The notes under the pieces were generated by a model. It was not told the origin of the DNA, did not search any database, and worked only from the letters and a program-made list of their open reading frames with translations. This document shows, piece after piece, positions 28,302 through 36,999 of a stretch of DNA of 57,025 bases. The stretch lies in the sequence record MZ911962.1, one strand, 5' to 3'. This DNA is from Escherichia phage PLYYY01. The translations under genes were made by a program, and so were the position numbers. Position 1 is the stretch's first letter, and every line of letters starts with the position of its first letter.

Positions 28302-29206
28302 TCTTTCCCGTAATAGTTAGCTACTTGATAGTTTTGACAACCAACTTTTTGACCCTGAGTATCTACTGCAACGGAATGGAAATTGCAATACCATGTTCCA
28401 TCATCTTTTGGCTCAAGAAATTGACATGTGCGACAGTTTACCTCCGGCATAGTTTTACGCCAGCACAATGAGGAATGGTCGCACCATTTGCATTCGAAGA
28501 AGGTAGAGTCTTTGAATGCACGGTCAGGAATATCCGTAGCAATAGCAATCTGCACACCACGATCAATATACATGTCCGCAGTGACCGGATCAAATGGAAT
28601 AATTTCTGCGTAAACTTCATCATCGTTCTTGTTTACAGCAAGATATAACGCTGCGCCAAGTCCAAGCTTTCGCATGTACACGTTCATCTGTACATAGTGC
28701 TCAGGTTTAGCTTCTTTGACACCTTTAGCTTTCAGTTTCTTGAAAGACTTATCGTTGTGGGTCTTCATTTCAGTAAGCACAGGCATCCCAGGCTGAACGT
28801 CCGGGCAACCTATAACCACACCATCGCAGGAACCGCCAAAGTGTCCGCCAGCTTCGCTAATACGGAACTGGTGTCCGTTTTCATCCTGCTGGTAGACCTG
28901 CATACCTGCCGCAAGAAGCATAGCAATGAAACGCGCTTCTTCCAGATGTCCGCGGTTAAATAGGCGGAGCTGGCGTCCATCGAACTCTTTACGCGTAGCC
29001 CAGCGATATCCGTAGAACAGCTTGCGAGCACATTGCTGTCCAATAAGGGAAGCGCCTAAGTGGCTGCGGTTTCCGCTTTCAGGGCGATATGCGTCTTCAA
29101 TTGTGGGAATGACTACGCCAAGATACTTACGGTAAGTCCCACCCTGATCTTTTTGCACACCGTCATTGATCGCTTGAAGTGTTTTCTCTGCAATATAAAT
29201 AGCCAT
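28298..29206 (-). CDS. PD-(D/E)xK nuclease, Cas4/RecB-like exonuclease
   Basis: 302-aa ORF with QxxxY-like motif (YVQMNVY) and C-terminal Cys cluster CKWC...C...CRTC typical of Cas4/RecB-family iron-sulfur nucleases. Confidence 0.5.
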   Translation of the reverse strand: MAIYIAEKTLQAINDGVQKDQGGTYRKYLGVVIPTIEDAYRPESGNRSHLGASLIGQQCARKLFYGYRWATRKEFDGRQLRLFNRGHLEEARFIAMLLAAGMQVYQQDENGHQFRISEAGGHFGGSCDGVVIGCPDVQPGMPVLTEMKTHNDKSFKKLKAKGVKEAKPEHYVQMNVYMRKLGLGAALYLAVNKNDDEVYAEIIPFDPVTADMYIDRGVQIAIATDIPDRAFKDSTFFECKWCDHSSLCWRKTMPEVNCRTCQFLEPKDDGTWYCNFHSVAVDTQGQKVGCQNYQVANYYGKD

Positions 29207-29227
29207 TGGAATACCTTAGAAAAATAA

Positions 29228-29247
29228 GCCGTCTTTCGACGGCTTAG
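29228..29247 (-). terminator. intrinsic terminator (minus strand)
   Basis: Perfect hairpin AAGCCGTC-TTTC-GACGGCTT followed on the minus strand by ATTTTTCT. Confidence 0.55.
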
Positions 29248-29271
29248 GGACACTACAGAGGGAGGGTTAAC

Positions 29272-30153
29272 TTACTGCTGCCACGGCGGGACTGCTGCTT
29301 GTGCCGGATGCGGTTCAGCTTGCTGCTGTGGCTGCGCTTGCTGCTGCGGTGCTGCTGCCTGACCCGGCTGTGCTACCTGCTGCGCCCACGGTTGCTGAGC
29401 TGCTTCCGGTGCTACTGGCTGTTGTACCGGAGCTTGCTGAACTGGCTGCTGTGGCGCTGCGTTTTGAGCAGGGTTATCCCACGGCTGCGGTGCGGCATTC
29501 TGCCACGGTTGAGCTGCTGCGCCCTGCTGCGGTGCTGGTTGCTGAACAGGCTGCTGAACTGGCTGCTGTTGTTGTACCGGAACTTGCTGTTGCACAGGCG
29601 CTTGCTGTTGCTGAGCAAACGGGTTAGCTGCTGGCTGCTGCGGTGCTGCGCCCGGGAAAGTCGGCTGCTGTGCTGGAGCACCTGCACCGAACGGGTTAGC
29701 TACTGCTGAAGCACCCATTGATGGAGCCTCTGCTGCTTTTTCTGCATACTTAACCGGATCGTTGATGTTAGCGTAACCGTTGGGCTCGTTGCTGTCTTCA
29801 TAACCTTCCTGAGAACGAACTTTCAGACGCAGGTTCAGCGGAATGTTATGCAGTTGAGCAGGAGTATCCCAGCGAATTACGCCTACTGCGTGGGAAAGTG
29901 CGCCCAGTTGCTCGTATGCGATGCGTACAGTATCTTCGTTGTCGTTAATGACGTTGTAACGAGCGAAAATCTTACGACCTTTAGCAAAACCGTCGATGAT
30001 GCTAAACGTTACCTGGATCGCCATACCGCCGTTTTTCGTCGCTTTAAACTCAGACGCTTCAATTACTGCTTTATACCAACCTTTTGGCAATGCGCCGTAA
30101 GAAGGTGCTTGATATTGGCTCGCGTCAAAGGTGAATTTAGTTGGCATAGTCAT
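29272..30153 (-). CDS. putative ssDNA-binding protein with Gln/Pro/Ala-rich C-terminal tail
   Basis: 293-aa ORF. N-terminal ~130 aa globular domain followed by ~150 aa of low-complexity QQP/APQ repeats. Position between the Sak4-like ATPase and the nuclease. Confidence 0.4.
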   Translation of the reverse strand: MTMPTKFTFDASQYQAPSYGALPKGWYKAVIEASEFKATKNGGMAIQVTFSIIDGFAKGRKIFARYNVINDNEDTVRIAYEQLGALSHAVGVIRWDTPAQLHNIPLNLRLKVRSQEGYEDSNEPNGYANINDPVKYAEKAAEAPSMGASAVANPFGAGAPAQQPTFPGAAPQQPAANPFAQQQQAPVQQQVPVQQQQPVQQPVQQPAPQQGAAAQPWQNAAPQPWDNPAQNAAPQQPVQQAPVQQPVAPEAAQQPWAQQVAQPGQAAAPQQQAQPQQQAEPHPAQAAVPPWQQ

Positions 30154-30881
30154 TAGTTGATACCTTTCATTTTGTTGATAACAGAACCTAAGTGTGGGAC
30201 TTCAACCGCATCTAAACGTCCCGAACGATCCTTAGCGATTGTATTAAAGTCCGGTTGAGTTTGCAAGTAACGATACGAGTTACCTTGCTGATCCTTATTT
30301 ACATTCAGACGAAACACTTCGTCGAAGAAATAAGGGAGCATTTGTCCCAATTTGGACCCAGGCATAGATGGAGCATACGCGGTAACACCGGAGACTTCAT
30401 CTTTGTCTTTGCCCATTTTAGCAGACATATAAACATGTTTGCCAGGAATATCGCGAAATTTACGGATCAGATCTTGCATCTTTTCAAGCAAAGTACCATA
30501 AGCTTGACGAGGATCTTTTGTTCCTTTTTTCGCATTGTTTAAACATTGTTCAGCAATTTCGCTCAAGCTGTCAAGCGCAATAGAATTGAAATACTGCTGG
30601 TTAGCTGGAGTTACACACCACTGATAAGCAGCTTCAACGTCCTCCAGACATTTAACTTCGATAACAGGAATGTCATAAACGATCGGCAATCCCATGTTAC
30701 CATAAACGCGATTAAGGTTTTCCGCTGCAATAGATAACAGACCGGACTCTGCGCTGATCAAAATTGGTTTAGGTAGTGTGGCTACAAGGCTGGTTTTACC
30801 CATACCCGCTTCACCGTAAACCAGAATTTTAACGCCTGTGTCTTGCACTACTTGTGAAGACATTTTAATTTCAATGGCCAT
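30153..30881 (-). CDS. Sak4-like RecA-fold recombination ATPase (AAA_24 type)
   Basis: 242-aa ORF with Walker A GEAGMGKTS near the N-terminus and Walker-B-like hydrophobic-D segment; size and context typical of phage Sak4. Confidence 0.65.
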   Translation of the reverse strand: MAIEIKMSSQVVQDTGVKILVYGEAGMGKTSLVATLPKPILISAESGLLSIAAENLNRVYGNMGLPIVYDIPVIEVKCLEDVEAAYQWCVTPANQQYFNSIALDSLSEIAEQCLNNAKKGTKDPRQAYGTLLEKMQDLIRKFRDIPGKHVYMSAKMGKDKDEVSGVTAYAPSMPGSKLGQMLPYFFDEVFRLNVNKDQQGNSYRYLQTQPDFNTIAKDRSGRLDAVEVPHLGSVINKMKGIN

Positions 30882-30946
30882 TTAACGCCTCTCTTTTAAG
30901 TTCGTGCTCATTGTAACGTAATATACTTTGAACCCTCAATTACTTT

Positions 30947-31867
30947 TTAATCTAAAGCCTGATCAGTTTCGTCGCGGAAATGCATAAAGTTAGCAAAACG
31001 CGGTTTATCTTTAACGCCATGAGGGAAGTGTTTATATGAAATAGTCCGACCTTTAATCTTGTCAGGGTTATTCCAATAATAAATCTTATCCTCTTGCGTT
31101 AATTTACCAGGACTAACGTTGATTGTATTGCCCGTCTTAACGTCTTTACAAACAAGCGTCCCGATCATACCGTTAGGAACTTTATTTTCCTGATGTGAAG
31201 ATCGTGTAGTCCTTCCCAGCTCGTTAACGGTAGCTTCATTAAGATTAGTTTCACCCTCAATAATATCGAGGACAATAGCATCTTCCTGAATAAAGCGTTT
31301 AATACGAAGGTATCCGCCTTCTCGAACTGTACCGCGCCCATGTTTGTAAGGCTTGTTTGGATCACGGATAATAATACCTTCATAACCCATATCAAGCCAG
31401 ATGTTTTCCCAGTAAAGCAGCTCTTGCAAAGACTTAACCACGTACATCGGCACAACTTGCAGATCGAGCAGTTCGCCTTTCGCGTGCTGTGTGGTTATAA
31501 AATCTTTCATCATGTTGTAGCGTGCTTCATAGCCCAGGTCTGCAACACTTTCAGCGCACAGATCAAAGATGTGCCATTTCAGGAACGGTTCGCCTTCAAT
31601 TGTGTTTACCGCACTGGTTGTTTTACGGCACAGGTCGGGATCTGTTTCAACTCCGGCCGCAAGCTCACCGTCATAGCCCATGTACTGGGGACCACTGAAA
31701 ATCGCGCTTGTATGGCGGTTTTTAAACAGCTTTAAACTGCGCCCTACTATTTGCCCATCCGGATTTAAACCGCGTACACCGTCGATTTTAGGCCGTATAC
31801 AGCATGGAAACTTAATCTTTTCTTCAACCGCGTCAGTTGCTAAATGTGGTTTAAATGCCATTTGCAC
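30947..31867 (-). CDS. ATP-dependent DNA ligase
   Basis: 306-aa ORF with adenylation motif I KIDGVR and downstream nucleotidyltransferase motifs. Confidence 0.85.
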   Translation of the reverse strand: MQMAFKPHLATDAVEEKIKFPCCIRPKIDGVRGLNPDGQIVGRSLKLFKNRHTSAIFSGPQYMGYDGELAAGVETDPDLCRKTTSAVNTIEGEPFLKWHIFDLCAESVADLGYEARYNMMKDFITTQHAKGELLDLQVVPMYVVKSLQELLYWENIWLDMGYEGIIIRDPNKPYKHGRGTVREGGYLRIKRFIQEDAIVLDIIEGETNLNEATVNELGRTTRSSHQENKVPNGMIGTLVCKDVKTGNTINVSPGKLTQEDKIYYWNNPDKIKGRTISYKHFPHGVKDKPRFANFMHFRDETDQALD

Positions 31868-32513
31868 CTCTATTCATGAAAGAATGTACGAATTTTAATT
31901 TACGAATACGCTCATTACGTTCTGCAACGGCTTTATCGTCTTCTGAACGAGCAGCCAAACAAGCTTTCTCTTTCATACGGGTATTACGACGTAAATGCCC
32001 GCTACCCTTTTTAGGTCTGTTTTCCTTTTTCTTTGCTTCGGAAATAAGCTCTTTGCATTCCTGCAAACGGATCTTGCTTCTTTCCAATCGCATAGCAGAA
32101 CGCGCACGTTCATCACAAAATCTTTGAGCTTTGCTACGCTGGTCCTGATTACTTGTATGACCTTTAACGTGGCGAAACTCAATAGTAAGGTTATATTTAC
32201 GAAGTTGATCGTTCAACCATTTGAAAGCTGTACCTTCCTGTTCGCTTTTCCAGCTTGCCTCTTTATACACTTTAATAGCTGTTGAACAATCTGTTTGCAC
32301 AATTAAATGATCACCCGATTGAATTAAATTAGCTTTCAATCCTTCCCAAATGACATTACAAATTGCCATTGTTTCAGCTGCATTGTTATCCGGAGCACCG
32401 CGTAATGGACCACCGTTAGCATTATTTCCACGGTTACAAACTACCCATCCACCATATCCCGCGGCTTTTGTATTTGGGCAAAAACTTGCATCAGAAATAA
32501 TTGTTACTCTCAT
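31851..32513 (-). CDS. ribonuclease H
   Basis: 220-aa ORF with RNase H-like N-terminal domain (ISDASF, GYGGW, VQTDCSTA) and a basic C-terminal tail. Confidence 0.65.
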   Translation of the reverse strand: MRVTIISDASFCPNTKAAGYGGWVVCNRGNNANGGPLRGAPDNNAAETMAICNVIWEGLKANLIQSGDHLIVQTDCSTAIKVYKEASWKSEQEGTAFKWLNDQLRKYNLTIEFRHVKGHTSNQDQRSKAQRFCDERARSAMRLERSKIRLQECKELISEAKKKENRPKKGSGHLRRNTRMKEKACLAARSEDDKAVAERNERIRKLKFVHSFMNRGANGI

Positions 32514-32557
32514 TGTTTTTCCTTAATAAAAAGGGGATCGAAAGACCCCCTTGTAAG

Positions 32558-32746
32558 TTATGCAGGAATAGATTCTTCCGGTTCTTCAGGGATCACGATT
32601 TCAATCTCTTCTTCATTTTGGAAGGTTAGACGGAAACCATCTCCTGGGCGCCCGAAAGCAAAGGTAAGGGTTATCGTATTATCCTGCTCGTAATGACAGA
32701 TACTTTCTACTTTCATTTCGTTACCGTAAAAGTCACGGTAAATCAT
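32558..32746 (-). CDS. hypothetical protein
   Basis: 62-aa acidic ORF. Confidence 0.3.
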   Translation of the reverse strand: MIYRDFYGNEMKVESICHYEQDNTITLTFAFGRPGDGFRLTFQNEEEIEIVIPEEPEESIPA

Positions 32747-32799
32747 TCCAGGAAGCGCATCGGTCGCTTTGATCTTTCTTACAGCCCTTATTCCCCCGT

Positions 32800-33591
32800 T
32801 TACAGTTTGTCTTTGAACTCTTCGATATATTGCTCGATCGGATACTGCTTACGCTTGAAACGATCAAACAAGATTTTAGCAGATTCTACGTCTTCGTCGC
32901 TCTCTTTACTTGCGCCCGGTGCCATAAAATCACGCCATGTAAAACCGTTCAGATTATGCATCTTAGCGATGTGTTTATTGTAACGACTTTCCCAGTCCAC
33001 ACGCGGACCTTCCATCTTGCGTAAACCGCGCCCAAGCACCTGTACATATAAATCTTTCTGACGTTGTACAGCTTCGCCATTATAAGGTCCGGTTTTAAAC
33101 TCAACAACACTACCGTTAAGATCTGCACCATCCGCAAAGTTGTGTAGCATAGTTTCAATAACGTCATTCAATGTTGGAACCGTCACTTTGCCCTGGGCAA
33201 TACCTGCCAAATAACCGACATTTTCTTCACCGTACAACTCGATCAGTTCTTTCTTGGTCGCTTCTGCTTCTTTGTTTGCGGACAAAGCCAACATCTGTTG
33301 TTCGAACATGTGTTCCTGTTCCAGGAAGTGAGCATAGCGCTCTTCATCCACTTTGCACACAATCCATTTATATTCAACATCCTTGCTGAAGTCCGGATAC
33401 TGATCCACTTCTACTACTTCCGTAGTAAAGAACTTGCCGTTATATTGAATAACAACAGTATCGCCCGGTTGTAGTTCGTCGCTTTCCAGGGCACGGTAGG
33501 TATAAAGACGACCACCTGCTTCAAACTTAACTTTGACAGTTACAACACCTTTTAACAGGGCATGATAAGCTTTCTGAAATTCTTTACGCAT
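32800..33591 (-). CDS. hypothetical protein
   Basis: 263-aa ORF in the replication operon; no motif recognised. Confidence 0.45.
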   Translation of the reverse strand: MRKEFQKAYHALLKGVVTVKVKFEAGGRLYTYRALESDELQPGDTVVIQYNGKFFTTEVVEVDQYPDFSKDVEYKWIVCKVDEERYAHFLEQEHMFEQQMLALSANKEAEATKKELIELYGEENVGYLAGIAQGKVTVPTLNDVIETMLHNFADGADLNGSVVEFKTGPYNGEAVQRQKDLYVQVLGRGLRKMEGPRVDWESRYNKHIAKMHNLNGFTWRDFMAPGASKESDEDVESAKILFDRFKRKQYPIEQYIEEFKDKL

Positions 33592-33632
33592 TTTTAGTTT
33601 CCTCTTGGGCGGATTGACCGCCGTTAATGTGG

Positions 33633-34103
33633 TTAAGCTTTATTTGGAACGATTTCCAGTGACGCAGATCCAACTTTAGATTCAACGCACTGGTTGAAGA
33701 CTGCGGCTTGCTCCGCTGTAAGTTTACGCCAAGCCGCAACTTTCAATACAGGTTTATTTTCCACAAGCTGATCAACGTTAACACCAACTTTAATCAGATC
33801 GCCCAGGATTCCGTTAAGACTTGGAAGATCAATCTTACGATCAATCTTGTGGGTCATTTTCATAACCCCGCCAGTAATTTCAACTTTATTAGTCCCCTCA
33901 GACGGCGCTGGGAAATAGGACTTAATAATCTTATCACGGAGTGCTCGCTCGCGAGCTTGCAGCTTCTGCAATTCCGCTTTAGTTTTATACCACTCAATTA
34001 CATCTGCTTCTGTTGCTTGTACTGCTTTATCTGCGTCGAACATTTTTCTGTCCTCTGTTGTGTTTCGATGTATGTATAGTAGCACATCCATGTGCTTAGG
34101 CAA
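33633..34103 (-). CDS. hypothetical protein
   Basis: 156-aa ORF; real start may be an internal Met. Confidence 0.4.
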   Translation of the reverse strand: MPKHMDVLLYIHRNTTEDRKMFDADKAVQATEADVIEWYKTKAELQKLQARERALRDKIIKSYFPAPSEGTNKVEITGGVMKMTHKIDRKIDLPSLNGILGDLIKVGVNVDQLVENKPVLKVAAWRKLTAEQAAVFNQCVESKVGSASLEIVPNKA

Positions 34104-34106
34104 GAC

Positions 34107-34697
34107 TTATTTTTTATCTAAATGACGTGAAGTCATGATCGGATGCGTAGCAGCTTCTTCCTCTGCTGTAACCACATTGGCAGATGTACCAGTGGACCCA
34201 AAGCCATTAGCACCGCGCTCAGTAGTTTTGAGCTCGTCTACTTCTACCAGTTGCACGCAAGGCACCTTAATAAGCATAGCTTGCGCAACACGGCTACCGT
34301 GCTCAACAATGAAGCCTTCTTCATTATCAATGGTAAGCTTAATCTTAACTTCCCCAGTGTAATCGCTGTCAATAACGCCCACGCAGTTAGCTAGTCGCAC
34401 GTCATTTTTAAATCCGTGCCCGCTGCGGGAATAGATCATAAGCGCGTAGCCTTCAGGGATATCAAATGCTAATCCTGTGCGAATAACTTCACTTTCTCTG
34501 AAGTACACCTGATTATACCCATCCGCACGTAGATCCGCGTGCAGGTCAAAACAAGCTGCCCCGGCAGTGGCGAACGCTGGTAGAATTGCGGTGTCTGTTA
34601 AGCGCTTCACACCGACAGGAATTGTGCTTAATGATGCGGCAAATTTTTCAACATCAATTGCAAAAGAATTTTTTGTGATATTTAATACGTCAGTCAT
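34107..34697 (-). CDS. dut: dUTP diphosphatase (dUTPase)
   Basis: 196-aa ORF with dUTPase motifs AGAACFDL, RSGHG, GVIDSDYTGE and C-terminal RGANGFGSTG. Confidence 0.85.
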   Translation of the reverse strand: MTDVLNITKNSFAIDVEKFAASLSTIPVGVKRLTDTAILPAFATAGAACFDLHADLRADGYNQVYFRESEVIRTGLAFDIPEGYALMIYSRSGHGFKNDVRLANCVGVIDSDYTGEVKIKLTIDNEEGFIVEHGSRVAQAMLIKVPCVQLVEVDELKTTERGANGFGSTGTSANVVTAEEEAATHPIMTSRHLDKK

Positions 34698-34706
34698 AAT
34701 TTCACC

Positions 34707-35174
34707 TTATTGAATTGAACCGCGATCAATTAACCATTGTTTCGCGTGCGCTTTAAAAATAATGCGATAGTCATCAAGACTAATCTCCGCGCGGATGGAA
34801 TCTTTAACTTCGTACCACTGCCACTCACCATTGCTAAAGACAACTGGATTGAGTGGTAGAACAACCTTCCATCCTTTACGTTCTATTTTATACATCAGAA
34901 CTGGATATCTGCCAAGCTCTTTAGCGGATTGAACAGTCTGCTTCCACCATGTGTTCACCTGTGGTGTAGCATGGTTTTTTACTTCAACCGCATGGTGGCA
35001 CGTATTGCTAATGTCGCAACCACCAACCGCACTTTGATTCTGGTTACGCTGAGCAATAGGTTTTTCCGGTAACTGCATCCCCAGCTCTGCGTAGATTTCG
35101 GCATAAATTGCATTAAAGAAATCGCATACTTCCCGCTCACCGCGTTGACCTTTAGCGCGAATATTTACTGCCAT
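34707..35174 (-). CDS. putative PD-(D/E)xK nuclease (Holliday-junction-resolvase-like)
   Basis: Start at internal Met (MAVNIRAKGQRGEREV). E...D...EVK arrangement (GEREV, GGCDIS, VEVKN) resembles Hjc/VRR-NUC-type nucleases. Tentative. Confidence 0.35.
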   Translation of the reverse strand: MAVNIRAKGQRGEREVCDFFNAIYAEIYAELGMQLPEKPIAQRNQNQSAVGGCDISNTCHHAVEVKNHATPQVNTWWKQTVQSAKELGRYPVLMYKIERKGWKVVLPLNPVVFSNGEWQWYEVKDSIRAEISLDDYRIIFKAHAKQWLIDRGSIQ

Positions 35175-35253
35175 GTTTGTCTCCATAACTTTAATGTAAA
35201 ACACTTCATAAAGAATTTTATATTGAAGTTCTGTTGATCTCAAGGAACAAAAA

Positions 35254-35278
35254 AGCCCAGGCATAAGGATTCCTGGGC
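35254..35278 (-). terminator. intrinsic terminator (minus strand)
   Basis: Hairpin GCCCAGG-N11-CCTGGGC followed on the minus strand by TTTTTTG. Confidence 0.5.
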
Positions 35279-35591
35279 TCTCTTGATTGTCGGATAGCTT
35301 ACTTTGTCCGCCGACTTCGTCTATCCTGGCCTACTTGTACAGCCTCGCCAAAGGCTGGTGACGGTTTGGTACATCTGGCGCCGTCGAGTTAAACATTGTT
35401 CACATCGTTCAGTAAGTTGCGGGTTTACCCTGTCCGCTCCAGGAAGCCCAGCGAAAGTAGTTGCTGTAAGGAGGTACAGCTACCGCTTTCAAGGGCTTGA
35501 GTTAAGCATCGTTCACTAAGTTAATGTTGTTAAATTGTTAAACCTCGTTAACTGTGGTTATCTTAAAGGATGCAGTCTTGAATGGCAAGCT
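35265..35591. promoter_or_regulatory. structured non-coding region with GTTAA-containing direct repeats
   Basis: About 330 bp without convincing ORF. Repeated CATCGTTCA(G/C)TAAGTT at 35403-35420 and 35509-35526. Several short hairpins (CAGCCT/AGGCTG, GCTGTA/TACAGC). Clustered GTTAA and one TGTGGTTA. Confidence 0.4.
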
Positions 35592-35906
35592 TCAATTTTG
35601 CGCGGTTCCCTTTGCCGCTTTTGGTGCTAAAGTACCATCATTTAACATCAACTCAAAACCTGTTACTTGATCGGTTGGAACAATAGGGTAATTCATGATA
35701 GCCATGTGGATACGACACCCTCCATCACATTCGTCGATGTATTCACTACCCCAATAGTATAAATGACCATCTCTTCGAATATCCATTGCTGTAGGGAAAT
35801 CTACAAGAATTCTTTTGATTTCTTTTCGTCCTTCTTTATGCAGATTAGTTTCAATACGGATAAGCTCCGCATAAATTGCTTCACAGATAGTATTTACAAT
35901 ACTCAT
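35592..35906 (-). CDS. hypothetical protein
   Basis: 104-aa ORF. Confidence 0.4.
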   Translation of the reverse strand: MSIVNTICEAIYAELIRIETNLHKEGRKEIKRILVDFPTAMDIRRDGHLYYWGSEYIDECDGGCRIHMAIMNYPIVPTDQVTGFELMLNDGTLAPKAAKGTAQN

Positions 35907-36316
35907 TTTTCGTTCCTCACAATCTCATTAGCTTCTTTCCACATAGCTTCACCGTACTTGTCAATGCAAGAGCGAGCAAAGTACCCGTCACCATAGCAGA
36001 AATTCATCATACTGCGATACTTACCCTTACCCTGAATGCGACGAGCGTCGTCCAGACATTTAGCGGACGGTATTCTTTTACCTGAGGCAGCTTTTTGGAC
36101 TTTTTCTTCCGTGGCATCTTTTTGGTCTTTTACTTTACCGTTCATAAAGCGATAGCCGTTTTTTCTAGCAACGGAACGGGCTTCATCTTCGGTAATCATA
36201 AATACTGTATGATACCCTGGCTCCAGAATTTCCGTCTCGGTTACGCAACCATAACCGACTTTCATATGAAGATGACCAATATTCACTTCAAAGTAATGTA
36301 AGTATTTCATTATCAA
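35903..36316 (-). CDS. hypothetical protein
   Basis: 137-aa ORF overlapping the upstream stop. Confidence 0.4.
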   Translation of the reverse strand: MIMKYLHYFEVNIGHLHMKVGYGCVTETEILEPGYHTVFMITEDEARSVARKNGYRFMNGKVKDQKDATEEKVQKAASGKRIPSAKCLDDARRIQGKGKYRSMMNFCYGDGYFARSCIDKYGEAMWKEANEIVRNEK

Positions 36317-36681
36317 CTCCTTAAATTCTGAATCATTCTATCACAGGCAGCTTTTACGGATGAGTTCTGCCAGTCTTCTTCAATTTGTGAAGGTTCTTCA
36401 GGCGAATAAGCAGCACTAATTAGACACTGATTATAACCTTCAATATAAGCTTGCTTTGCGGTATCTATTATTGCTTGTAAAGCAATATTAAATAATTGTT
36501 GATCCATCTCACACCTCACAGAATATACATAAACCAGAAATAACCAGCTACGAAAATAGCACCCGCAAATAATTTTAAAAGCTCGAACATTGTTCCCTCC
36601 GTTAACTTTATGCTGTAAGTATAGCAGGACTTGCGATGTATGCAACAACTTTAGACTTGAAATGCATCTATAAAATAGCAC
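36313..36681 (-). CDS. hypothetical protein (start uncertain)
   Basis: 122-aa ORF; an internal Met (MDQQLFN) may be the real start. Confidence 0.3.
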   Translation of the reverse strand: MLFYRCISSLKLLHTSQVLLYLQHKVNGGNNVRAFKIICGCYFRSWLFLVYVYSVRCEMDQQLFNIALQAIIDTAKQAYIEGYNQCLISAAYSPEEPSQIEEDWQNSSVKAACDRMIQNLRS

Positions 36682-36748
36682 GATTTGCCTTTACATCTGA
36701 TCAGTCTAACTGTACCATTAACCCATAAACAGAGCGGAGGATTACAAA

Positions 36749-36973
36749 ATGGTCATGCTGAATAAAGTATATAGCACAATGGGCGCGGATTATAAAGTTG
36801 TACGTCACCCGCGTACTGGCAAATTTGAAGCATATATCCGTCCAATGGGTGAAGGTTGGATGTATTACGGTACTTATGACGACGCTGAGCAAGCTTATGA
36901 AGAAGCGGAAAGTGCGGCGGAAGCATCCGAAATTATGGCAAGGTACGACGTCGATGATTACTATCTCAACTAA
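36749..36973 (+). CDS. hypothetical small acidic protein, lone plus-strand gene in the minus block
   Basis: 74-aa ORF with GGAGG 8 nt before the ATG, followed immediately by hairpin AAAGGGCC-TTTC-GGCCCTTT plus a T-rich run. The antisense ORF 36701-36976 looks non-coding. Confidence 0.5.
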   Translation: MVMLNKVYSTMGADYKVVRHPRTGKFEAYIRPMGEGWMYYGTYDDAEQAYEEAESAAEASEIMARYDVDDYYLN

Positions 36974-36975
36974 CA

Positions 36976-36996
36976 ATAAAGGGCCTTTCGGCCCTT
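36976..36996. terminator. intrinsic terminator, probably bidirectional
   Basis: Perfect 8-bp GC-rich stem AAAGGGCC/GGCCCTTT with tetraloop. T-run on the plus side and A/T-rich on the minus side. Sits at the convergence of the 36749 gene and the primase-helicase stop (37000). Confidence 0.6.
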
Positions 36997-36999
36997 TAT

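Noticed and set aside
29299-29709. Two overlapping plus-strand ORFs (136 and 108 aa) rich in Leu/Arg/Cys or Ala/Leu
   Set aside because: They lie antisense to the repetitive Gln/Pro-rich tail of the SSB-like gene; repeat-driven open frames, not independent genes.
35304-35519. 71-aa Arg-rich ORF in the structured spacer
   Set aside because: No RBS, Arg/Val-rich composition and location in a hairpin-rich spacer; likely non-coding.
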